Below, in pieces: positions 50,066 to 61,700 of a stretch of DNA of 64,000 bases. A model generated the notes under the pieces. The model did not search any database. It saw nothing but the letters and a program-made list of their open reading frames with translations, and was not told where the DNA came from. Both the position numbers and the translations under genes were made by a program. The stretch comes from Utricularia gibba (taxonomy: Eukaryota > Plantae > Magnoliophyta), in the NCBI GenBank assembly GCA_002189035.1, contig NEEC01000002.1, positions 3,100,001 to 3,164,000 of the forward strand, given 5' to 3'. Position 1 is the first letter of the stretch, and each line of letters starts with the position of its first letter.

Positions 50066-50505
50066 GATCTCACCTAATCCAAAACAATCGAAGGACGAAA
50101 ACAACAGACGGAGGAATCGACGCGAATGTCTTGGAAACTGACTCGCGGCGCCGCTCAATCGGAAACTAATCATTCCTCGTTCTGATTTAAAAAAATACAA
50201 ACTAAATATGTCAACGTTAGTATTTTTAAAACTTTTTATAACAATCGACATTAAAAAAATAAAATCGAAAATAATATATTTCACACTCCACACATCGCGA
50301 AGCAAACTTAAAACATGCTTGGGAACCGTACACTTCTGCCCGGATAAAACGCATGGTTTTAGAAGGCATTCCAAAATTAGAATGATATGATGATTAAAAC
50401 AGATCCTTTTTCCGAGTGGCGTATCAAAACCAGAGAGGAGAAGAAGAAAAGTTGAAGATGGCGGGCGAGAGCCCTCCAGCAGCGGTGCTAGTCCTAGTCC
50501 TAGTC

Positions 50506-53500
50506 CTAGTCCGTGTGAAGCTTCCGATGCTCGCAGCGCTTGAGGTACCACCTTGCGAATCGACGGAGCCCCATGCCGACCATCACTTTGGAACCAGCGA
50601 GCATCAAGAAGGTGACGAAGAGCATCAACAGAATCCAAAGCGGCCTCCAGGAATGTGGCGTGGAGGGGACATGGGCTGCGTAAACTGGTTGCAGAACTCG
50701 AATCACCTGTTCCAACATAGGATTAACGAACTGAGTTCAGTTGGATAGGGAGGTGAAAATGGATATACAAGACAAACACGCACGCACGCACCACACAGGC
50801 TGGAGCCAGAGGCACGAAGCTAAGGCCTTTCTTTCCATCATCGCCTTGAGAGATCAATGTCTACACAAGAGGAGAGCAAGGAACGAATGCATGCGTAAAA
50901 TGGAGTAGAAGATTGAAATGCTAACCAGAAAAACACTCAATATAGCTGCCTGCCAACCTGTTTACATAGATCCTCCAGGAATTCAGAGAAAGCAATGGGC
51001 TTTATGTCATTGAATTTAGCAATGAACGAGTGTTTTGTAATGTCGATCATCACCTCGCATACATAAACAACTAGGACATTCTGCAAGATCGCAACATAGA
51101 GCTCAAAACAATAGAAAAAAAAGGGCAATCCTGTACAGTTAATTCATGTGGGAACAAAGAGCTGCCACTTACAGAGATAAAGCTTTCAAACCAAGGACCC
51201 TCTGCTTCTAATATATTTTGAGCTAGAACAAAAATGATGAATGCCGTAATGTGGAATCTCTCAACGGAATCTGATTATGAGCAATACAGAGGGCATTAGA
51301 ATTTAAGTAAACATATGAAAAGGCAAAAAAAAAAAAAATTAGAAGTGAAGTAACATTGCCCACCAATGTATACCAAACCCTGGACATTGTCTTTGCTGTA
51401 ACGTTTGAATACATTGCTTTTTATCTCAGCAAAGTTGTTCGACACCAGCATTGCGAACAGAGCATTATTATGAGCAACTATACATGTAGATAACGTAATA
51501 GCCTGAGCTAACAAAATAAACGAATGAATAAGTAAGAAGAGTTAAGGAATAGAACAGACTTTGCCACGGATCATCTTTAGTTGACAACAACGATCTATGG
51601 ATAAAGAAATGAAAGGATATTTGAAGACACAACCACTAAGACTTCGTCTGAAAAATATCTCCACAGCCAAAAGTTAGTGTCCTGAGGCGAGCATTTAGCA
51701 AGTCCATCAGCTGAATTAAAAAGAGCCTTCATTACTTCACCACCAAAACTTTGGCATAATTTATCAAAAATCTGCCAACCAAAGAACAAACGGAGCTGGT
51801 TAAATATAAAATAGTTATACTGAGTCATGAGAATGACGAGTGGTTCATCAATTCTCATACCTCTAAAACATTGTAGACCACATAGAGTTTGATAACTCCT
51901 TGGCCACGAATCATGTGATAAATTAAACTTATATCTGCAACGGAGATAATAGTCAGTGACAAAAAAGATCATGATAATCATGAGAGTAGTCTGTAAATAA
52001 GACCAAAACACCATGCTTAAACTAAAACATGTGAAACAGAAAGACCCGTCATCATACCTGCTTGTTGCAGAAGTGCGACCCCAATAATCATTGCCACAAA
52101 ACAGCCATAATCAGATAGCTCTGCTGAAGAAGGCCTCTGGAACTGCCTGGCACAAAGCACGGTTAACTTACTGTGATACTCATGAGAGCAGCTTACAATG
52201 TTGACAGCACTCATGTACAGTATACATCATCAAGTTGATAATGTTGACAAAAACATCAATTACTTTTAGAATCTGAGTACGTAAACAGGATTTCATTAAA
52301 ATCTCATTATAAAATAACATAACTGCAACATATATAACCTGGTTTTCAGAAGCTTCAAAAAGGTAATGATAATCCTAGTTGGCATGATGGTCAAGAGTGA
52401 CAGGAACGAATCCAAGCAAACAAAGAAGCCAAAATTGATGAGCTGCAAGAAGCATACAAATATTTTCAACGACCAAAAAACAACATGAACTCAGGTCCTC
52501 AATCAACAAAATTGTAGTGAAGAAATGCCTATATCAAATTCAAAAGGATTCAATTCCTGAAAAAAGTAATGAAATAAGGAAAATTCATCAGAAACTTTGA
52601 CATAACCTGAGGACTGAGAGACAAATATCCTCAAAACTAACCAACAGAAAGAAGGTAGCAGCAAAATGGATATACAAAATCAATTTAATCCCGATAGTTT
52701 ATCAGTCAGGCTAACATTTTACCAGTTCACAACGCCAAGGCAAACGAAAAATTGTATCATAAACTCTTTCCCTCTCCTTGTTATTGCCTAAGGCTGTAGT
52801 ACTCCTCAAGGAATTTCCAGCATACATTTCCTCCATGAAGTACTTTATTGGTGAAATATCCACCCCAGGAACATCTGAAAGAGTTTAGCAAGACAATAAG
52901 CAAGAAAACATACGAACATTAATTCTAAATCAGCATCAAGCAATGAGGAAGCGAGAAAGATATGTTCAAATTCATGGTAAGCGTAATGCAAAAGTTATAG
53001 ACAAAAGAATCTGATATGAGAAGCGCAATTAACCATTAAATTCTTCAGCCATTAACTTCTTCCAATCCAAGGATTCCTCTTTCTTCAACGTCCTTAGAGG
53101 CAATTCGACATCTTTGTCTAAACCGATCATCTCTAATGACGTATCTACTTGCGCCTTCGCCTTTTCATCCAATCGACATCTCCCCATCTCCTCAACCGCG
53201 GATTCCCCATTTTCTTCATTCATTCCGAATCCCACATTTCTCTGTCTCAACTCTCCAAACAGTGATACCGTCGCAGCACTTAATGGAAAACCATTCTCCA
53301 TATCTAAATCCGCTGGGATGACTGCAGCATCCATTACCACAGTTTCAGTGCGACTGAGGCTTAAATCAACGCTGCTCACGAAGGCATCCTGAATCACATC
53401 CTCAGAAATCACTGATTTTTCCTGGATCGCCTTCCCCTTTCTCTGTCTCTTCTTCCTTTTTCCCTTAATTGTTCCAAAACTCCCATCGTCGGAATTGGAT

Positions 53501-53601
53501 CGGGACAAGGAGAGGGTTGTGGGGGGGTTCAAAACGTCGTCAAGCTGAGAAAATCGAAGGATGTCGAATGATAGCTTACGGTCACGGGGTCTCAGCCCCA
53601 T
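50506..53601 (-). CDS. POD1: POLLEN DEFECTIVE IN GUIDANCE 1 / TAPT1-family membrane protein, about 598 aa; exons 53601-53034, 52874-52723, 52442-52339, 52146-52058, 51934-51861, 51771-51621, 51531-51364, 51270-51173, 51080-50958, 50860-50792, 50706-50506
   Basis: RKLSFDIL, RERVYDTIFRLPWRCEL, YHMIRGQGVIKLYVVYNVLE, LVSNNFAEIKSNVFKR, KHSFIAKFNDIKP, FVPLAPACV; all 11 exons join in frame (1797 nt) only if one intron is AT-AC. Confidence 0.92.
51532..51620 (-). other. U12-type AT-AC intron in POD1
   Basis: 5' site ATATCCTTT, branch TTCCTTAAC, AC terminus; splicing restores VVVSS-I-IHSFILLAQ. Confidence 0.9.
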
Positions 53602-53821
53602 CGGCGGTGGCAAATGGTGGCACTTCGGTGTGGGCTCGTGACTTTGGGATGGGCAACGACTATGAGGACCATGACGACACCTTGACCTCAAATATTTATT
53701 GGTTAGGAATTTCATGAAAACACTAAATATTTTAAAATCATTCCATTTTTAATCAAAATAGATAAAAATCGATGTTTTTTTTGTATGAAGCCAATCTATA
53801 CTACATTGGTTTCCTCATAGA

Positions 53822-54514
53822 TAGAGATGCTATAAAAAAGTAACAACTCATGTTACAATTGTATTCAATTAGATTAATATCATTTATTTTGTTAATGAAT
53901 AATATATAAATAAAAGAACATATATAAAATATATATTCAATTATTTAATAAATGAATACAAACGAAATTCATATTTAACTATGTTTGATTGTTTTCAATG
54001 ATATTCGATTGTGACATTAATGTTGTATCATAATTTAGTATTTTTTGTTGGTAGAAGATATATAATATAAAATATATAATCTTAACCAATATTATAAGTA
54101 TATTATAATTATTTATATGATATCTAGGATTTTAGAAATTAATTTGAGTGTTTTTAGTTAAGTTATAGAAGATTTTATCATTTTAATTGACTTAAACATA
54201 TAAATATAATTCATATAATATATAAAATTTAAATATGTAGCTAATTTTTAGTTTTTTAAGATGCTTCATATGTTGTACAATTTTTAGATATATATAATTA
54301 TTCTAACAATAACATATACATTAAAACAATAGATACTGGAGTAACTGAAGATATATATTTTGTTTTTAAAAATTAATATTAAATTTTTCGGCATGAAAAT
54401 ATTAAATAAATAAATATGAATAAAATTTTGATTAAATTAACCTAAATAAATGAATACAAATCAATTTTTCATTCAATAAATGTTCGTATCCATTCGTTTT
54501 ATATAACAGCTCTA
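53822..54514. mobile_element. Old hAT-type MITE-like element
   Basis: Imperfect terminal inverted repeats TAGAGATGCTATA / TATAACAGCTCTA; degenerate 8-bp flanks (CTCATAGA/TTCAAATA, 5 of 8 match); AT-rich interior with TAAATGAATACAAA repeats. Confidence 0.4.
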
Positions 54515-55720
54515 TTCAAATAAAAGCATGGATTTTCTATTTTCACTATCACCTCACAAATTATAGTTCAAAAATTTGAAAAATATTAGAAAGATTGTAG
54601 ATATTGAAAATTTTATTTTTTAATAAATAAAAGATGAAACGCTTTTCAAATAAAATAAAATACATAATTATCACTACCATCTACCCATTTCATCAAATCT
54701 CTAAATTTTTCAAAATTTTGAAATCAATCAAATAATCATATCATGTATAAATTTATAAACATTAACCAATCCTCCAAATGTTCAACATTATTAACATATA
54801 AATTCTATCAAAAAAAAAAATTCCAAATCTCAAACCAACCCAACAAACATATCATGCATAATTTTAGAGAAAGTAAACAATCCCATGAAATGTTAAACAT
54901 TATTAACATACATACAAATTCGATGAAAAATAAAACATTTCCAAATTTGAAACCAGTCTGACAAGCATATGATATATAAATTTGGAGGGCGAGACCACAA
55001 TCCATTCCATCAAATGTTGAAAATCGTTAAATGCAAATTGGAACAAAAACAATATAGAAGAGAAAAATTTCACTTTCACCACCCCAACAAAAGACGTGTT
55101 TTCTTCTATCCAACTCTTGCATTTTGACGACTATATGTTCTCAGGGCAATCGTGAAGATACTTCAGTTTTCTTCATAACTAAATAATGGTTGCTTCATCA
55201 CAGAAAAATAAAAGGTCTAAAACAAGGAAATTAATATTTAAATAGAATGAAAAAAAGCTGTGCATTTTCGTTAGTAAATCAGATTAAACTCAATTAAATC
55301 GATGCGACTATTAACAAAAAAAAGGGGTTTCTATGTTTTGATTAGGATTAAAACGATGACTTCATAAAACAAATAAACTTTGATATAAACAATAAAGACC
55401 GATTGTGGATTTGATGCAACGTATACATTTTCGAAGAAACCATCATTTTTTTCAGGTAACATGCTCACATAAAAGCACGAAAACATATACATGAATAGGC
55501 AGGCAGGATCAAAATTCGCACAGGAGCAGCAGATGTTACACAAGAATGGCAGCAGCATGAGATCAATGGTTACGCGCACCAAACGAAATAGTTTGCAGGG
55601 CAGGTAGGTCAGGTCAGAGCACTGGGTGCAAGCAAGCAGGCGAAGATAAATAAACAGCAGAAGCAACCAAGCGAGCATCCCACGCCCCAGCCGTCCACTT
55701 GTTGTTTGTCCTCCCTCTAT

Positions 55721-58700
55721 TTACTTGCGGTGTCTCCTTTTGGCTTCAGCTCTCAGCCTCTTCTCCTCGTCCCACTCTCTGTCATATATGCTACAACCAG
55801 TGGAGTTAAGGCATTCACTTGCACACACACATTAAGCATTTTGCACCGTAACCAGGATTTTTGAAGCACAACAGCACTAATGCATGCAAAAACTGAAGAT
55901 AAATTTCAAATTTCATGAAAGGAAGAAATCAGGTAGAGGAGGATACGGATCACCATCGCGACGGGCCGTTTTGCTGACTGCTTCTTTTGCGTGGGACCTG
56001 AGGCCTGGATCTTCTATGTAACCAGGGCGCTGGACTCCAGCGCCCTTGCGATCGCCCCTATCTCTCAAGTCGTGTGGCTGGGATACGGTAATGGATAGAG
56101 GAGGAGGCGGCGATGCGGCAGGAAGATATTCACCAGGTTCGGATGGCAGATGCTCTCGTTTCAGCTTCCGCCGCTTTAAACTGGAATCCATGTCCTCCTT
56201 GCTAACACTCGGTTTGTCCCGCTCCCTTTCATCCATCTGTGAAAGCAAAATAAGCACAAGTAAATAAATAAACACGAAAACAAGGTAGAAGGTTTTGTAT
56301 GGTGTCTCCAGCTACCTTCATTAAGAAGATGTCACGCTCATCGCGCTTCCTATCACGAAACTCATCTTCTCTTCTCCGTTTGGCCTCGTCTGATAATGCT
56401 GAAATATTCTCCTCTGATTTTCTCCTTTCGCGTTCGTCATGCCTTGGAGAAAGCTTCTGTGAGCTTCTGCTGCTCCCGAATCGTCTGTCACCATCTTCAT
56501 CTCTTCGTCCGGCATTAACCGACTGAGGGATGAGATGGGGAGGAAGAGGAGGGGGTGGAGGGAGCCCCTGTCCATGATATCTGTCGTCTAGATGTGATTT
56601 GCTTCTGTCATCTTTACTTCTATCATCCTTCGGCATCCTGTCAAAACTCCTATCAGTGCCCCTATCCTGTACTCTCTCAACAGGGCGCTCTGTTCCATGG
56701 CCTTCTACTGATCTGTCCCTCAATTTGTCAGAAATCATGTCATCGGGACGTGGCTTCTCACTGCGCTCCAACCGTTCCTTGTTATCCCTGTCATATCTCT
56801 CACCGCTCTTGTCTTTTGATTTATCCACTGGCTTTTCAGCTATCTTGGGGTGATCATCAGAGAATGCTTTATCAGATGGTGTCCCGTGAAGCTTATCTAC
56901 AGCTCGCAAATCATTTGACCTCTCCTTGTCAGATGCCCGGGCCTCAATGCCATCCACATCTCTCGAAATGTTTTCTCCTTTCCGGCGTTTGTTAATATGC
57001 TCAAGCTCTTCGCTAGGGCTCGCCCTCTTTTGAGCTTTGTCACCAGTTTTTGAAGTTGGCATAAGGTTCTCCTGCCTAGGGGAACGGACTGGCCTTGAAA
57101 TCGGCCGTTTGTGCATTTCCGATATATCAGAGCCAACATCTTTTGCGGCATAAACCCTCGAATCAGATGACTTGTCATAAACAGTCTCCTCACTTGCCTC
57201 AGCACCATGATCAGGTCTGAGGGATGAGTGCAAAGATTTAGCAGCAGGAACCCCTGCAGCATTTCCTGGAATCGCAGCATTAGTACAAAGTGTTTAATTA
57301 ATAAATCACAGTCAGCCATTAGATGATGAGTGGATCAGTTTTCTACCACTAGAAGCAGAACTCGGGGGTCTAGCCACAGCCTTTCCGGATTTCTCATCAT
57401 CTTTCCCAGGGTCTTGTCGTTTAGCAGGAGCCCCAACAGGTGCAGACTTCTTAGCCGAAGCCCTTGGCTGTATTAGAGAACTGTGTTACCTACGCTGAAC
57501 ACTGATAAAGACAAACAGTGCAACCCAGGGTCCTAGTGGCTACGACATAAAAAGGAATTGGAGAATGAGAACTTCATAACCAAGTTTCGAAACCGCCATC
57601 CAAGAATTTAAAGGAATATCAAAAGCACAACTTGGCGACCAACCTAGAGTAAGCAGTTAAAAGTCTAAAGAAGAAAAACTACAGCAACTTTATAGAATCA
57701 AGGAACACATAGGCATATATGAATGAACAAATGCTTTAACAATTAAAATTGCAAGCCCTAAACCATACCTCAAGTTCCATAGCTGCTTTGGTAATTATTT
57801 TGTCATCCAGTGGCTTGCTTGTCAACTCATCAAGCTTTTGATTCTCTATTGTGCCCATAGTGCAATAGACGACACCAATTGACGAAGGAATATAGATTAG
57901 AACATAATTTAAAACAGAACGACCTCAAATTTCAAATTTCATGTAGAAGAATTGTTTCCCAACGTGGAACTAAATTTCACCTTCAGTGTTTCTGGATTCT
58001 GTGCCCAGATTTCCAGCCTCTGAATGCAGTCCAATGGGCATGATTCGAGCTCCTGTTTGCTCAACATGTGAAGCGCTTTGCAGAGCAGCAGAATTGCCAT
58101 TTATAGATTTGAGAGTAGGTGCTGGCGCTGGTTTTAAGTCAAGATAACCCATGCCAAATTCTTCATCTGTTAGCCAGGATGCCTACACCGCCAAAGACAG
58201 AAATAAAAACACTTCATCAGCTCAAGTTTTTCAGAGAACCTTGCCTTCTCTATTATTATGATAAAGTCGGAAAATCAATTTCTCAACTCCATTTTGCCCC
58301 TTGAAAAAACAAGCCACTATTTTCATGACAAACCTTTCTAGCAGCAAGGGCAGCAGCTACACCAGTCGCTAGGACTTTGAGATCCTCCCTCTCATCACTT
58401 TTGATCTTTGCAACCTATAAATGATTAAAAAAAAAAATAGTACAATAAGTATGTCAGTGTCAGCACTAAGCGAAATAACATATAAGGGTGCAATACCCTT
58501 TTCTCTACGTTGATGCCACTCTTCCGTGTAACAGGAAACACACTAGCAATCTTTGACAGCATGATAAGAGCATTTCGAATCTCCATTGACTCAGAAGATT
58601 CTAAACATTGAATCAGAATCTTGGTAATCCTTTGATTCCATTTCCAGTGTACCTACATTGCACAAATACTAAGATAGACATCCAAAAATAGGCAAGCACC

Positions 58701-61700
58701 CATTCAGAGCACATACGTCAGTTAATCTGAACACCCTGTCAGACGAAAACAAATAAAATCACTATCCAGATGAGGAACGAGATCCAAACCAGGGTTTGAT
58801 TACTTCCCCAAAATCAAGAGTGTAAACAGGTAAGAGGAGGATGATTAGAAAAACAAGTATATATCCAGAAATGGAAAAGAACCAGGCGTCACCAAACATG
58901 ATATTTAGCTTAAGAAAGAAGGGTCGTTGAATAGTCAGTTATTCTTTTAAGAAAATAATAAAGAACCACAGCAGCAGTTTTCGACTTGCTACCTTGATAA
59001 ATTGACCGTAGGTGACCCGTTGGCTATTGGGATATCTATAATACACAGCAAAACCAGGCATGTTCCCGCACTCCCGCTCATATATTGATTCATCACTCTG
59101 AAAATGGAAGGTCTCTGTGAGTATAAAAATGATTTTGCACAATGGGCAAATGAATAATCAATGGGATCATGATACAAGATGACGTGAAATTCAAAATGCT
59201 GACCTTCCACTGATATGCAGTTTTCAGCGTCTCGAAAAGAAATCTTCCAAGTCGGCCAACTTCATACTCAGTGCTACAGCATATTATCGGTTGCAAGGTT
59301 TTGCATATCAGAACATCGATATGGTTCACAGTGTTGAAGAATGGTGTTCCCAGAGAATGAAGTGTATTCACAAAAAGCGCACAGTAAACAGCATCTGGCA
59401 TGCTAAATGTGCATCGAGGAAATATGCAACGCTGAAGAAACTCCATGTTAATTTTCAATGTGTCTGGGCATGAACTCAACCATGTATCCTTCTCACGAGA
59501 CAACCGGATACGCACAGATTCAACATGTTCTTCATGTTTCTGGAGTTCAGTAGTCAACCTATCAAGAGATTCTTGAATTCTTTCTTTATCCTTTTTCCTT
59601 TTAGCAATTGCAGAACTTGAATTGTCAGAGACTTCTTCAAGAGCTTTAAGTGCAGAGTGGAATTTTGAAAGCTCGGACTCGTAACAATTTCTGGGCACAT
59701 AAAGATCATAAAGCGTAAGACCCCAGAAGGTTGCATATAAATCGGGAGACAAGCTATTCCAGGCTTTTATGGGCAACATTGTCTTGACAGTGTCAAGCAG
59801 ATTAAGCCATCTGCAAAGTACATACAAACAGTTGAGTATTCAGAGAAAGAAATATTATAAATATTTCATAAATATAATGTCCATCAATAGAAAAAAAATA
59901 TATATATAACGGAAGAATGTTACAGAAGAATATTACGTAATAGGTTTGCGAGAAGCGCCGAGATCTAAAACCAGCGAGTTGTACAAATCAACAGGCTCAG
60001 GCTCCTTGTCTACTTCAGAAGGTTGCAAGGCTTCCCTACAGTCGGCTGGCCAGAAAGATGCTTGATTTTGTTGGCGCCTGAAAAGTCTTAAAACTGGCCG
60101 GTATATCAAAAAGACCACCTAGGAAAAATAACATGGACTCACTGAGTATGAAAGTTGTTTGGATCCTATTCTGTAATGAGCATCCCACAACAAGATGGAA
60201 AAAAACAAGGTTCAACATAAAATATGTATAGGATACCTCAGGATCAAGATGATACTGATGTACAAGGTCATCAAGGGTGGGAATAAGCAGAGCATAGCTT
60301 GATACGGGTGTCACTGCACTGCAGAGGAAGTCCACGTACTGAAGAAGGGTTCCATGACATCTGTCGAACTGTTCACTAACCATTTTGATATGAGGTGCAT
60401 CTGCTTTTATCACAACTCTGCAAAAGCACATAGGAAGCCTTAATAAGAAGGGAAACATGGTAAAATCAATGTTAGGTGCGCCTGCTTTTTATAAAAAGAG
60501 AAAATGAATCAAGGAAAACATTGTGCGCAATATGCTTGTACAAAAAGCAATGGCAGTAAGATGGCACAATGTGATGAAATTGTATGAAGCATAACAGAGC
60601 ATACAGAGATCGATGCTGAGAAATCAGAAGTAGTAGTGGAATTGCCAGCTTAGGCTCATCCTTAGGCAGTAAAGAATCTCTAAGCCTGTTGGTCGACTTA
60701 ATCAATGCCTGCAAAATGAATTTGAGTCTCACTACTTGGGTAAACAAGTTAAAACCCAAAAATAAAATCCTGCAATTACTTTGTTATTCCTTGTAATTCC
60801 AAGTGACGTAGCTTGGTAGCGGAGAGTCTCACTTCCAGCCATGGCGTCTAGTTGTTCCTCTGTCATGTTTTCTGTATACTGGACATTAGCCATCTGCTGT
60901 ATCAACTCCTACAAAACATCCACAAAATCACAAAAAAAACTCCATTTAAAAAAATAGAGTCATTGATATAGCATGAATAAAAAAAAAAGTGAAACAACCT
61001 GCAGTAATACAAGCTCAATGCCATTCCCCTTCTTCAATTGATTCACAAGATACTGGAATAAACCCCTTAGCTCCATTGATGGATACTTCTTACATCTGAG
61101 AAAACATGATAGCCAGTATTTGTATGCCGAAAAATTTTCCAAATGTAACACATGATTACAACATCCCATTTTACACACCATGAGCTGGGTTCTCATTTTG
61201 GATTAGCCAGCTTAAAATGGAGATTCTATGAAGACACTAACCCAGTTAACAAAGTAAAAATCTAGAATGGTTAACAAGAAACATAATATACAACACAAAG
61301 TGTCGGAAGAAGAGGAAAGAAACATTAAGACCAATCAAGCACATATGGAGTAATATTCTTTGCACAGCAACAACAAAACTGAAAACATACAAATATACTT
61401 GAAGTGATTAATTACGAATTTTGGAGGAGAAAAATGTTGACATTGATGTATCTCCAAACTAATGCATCCAAGCAAAGCAATAGATACAGTTCAGGTACAG
61501 ACCTAAGCAATCATACACACCTTCAATTCACATGTTAAGTCACCTGTTGAGTTTATGTAGCCTAGCCAGTACTAAGGTGTATCACATCAATATACATATA
61601 AATCTCATACACTTACAAGCCACAATGAAACATCCAAGCTTCTTTTACATGTGTCCCCATCATTCTACATTTAAGACAAAATGGGGCCGCTCAAGAGCCT

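Noticed and set aside
50027-50638. 203-aa minus-strand ORF overlapping the POD1 3' end
   Set aside because: Alternative frame of the last exon running into AT-rich UTR; no protein-like character.
53602-53715. In-frame 38-codon N-terminal extension of POD1
   Set aside because: Homologs as I recall them start at the M..R...RKLSF position (53601); the upstream ATG sits in AT-rich sequence that is probably untranscribed.
60119-60236. THO2 intron with a GTATCCTA donor resembling U12
   Set aside because: No CCTTAAC-type branch site near the acceptor, which has an ordinary U-rich tract; treated as U2.
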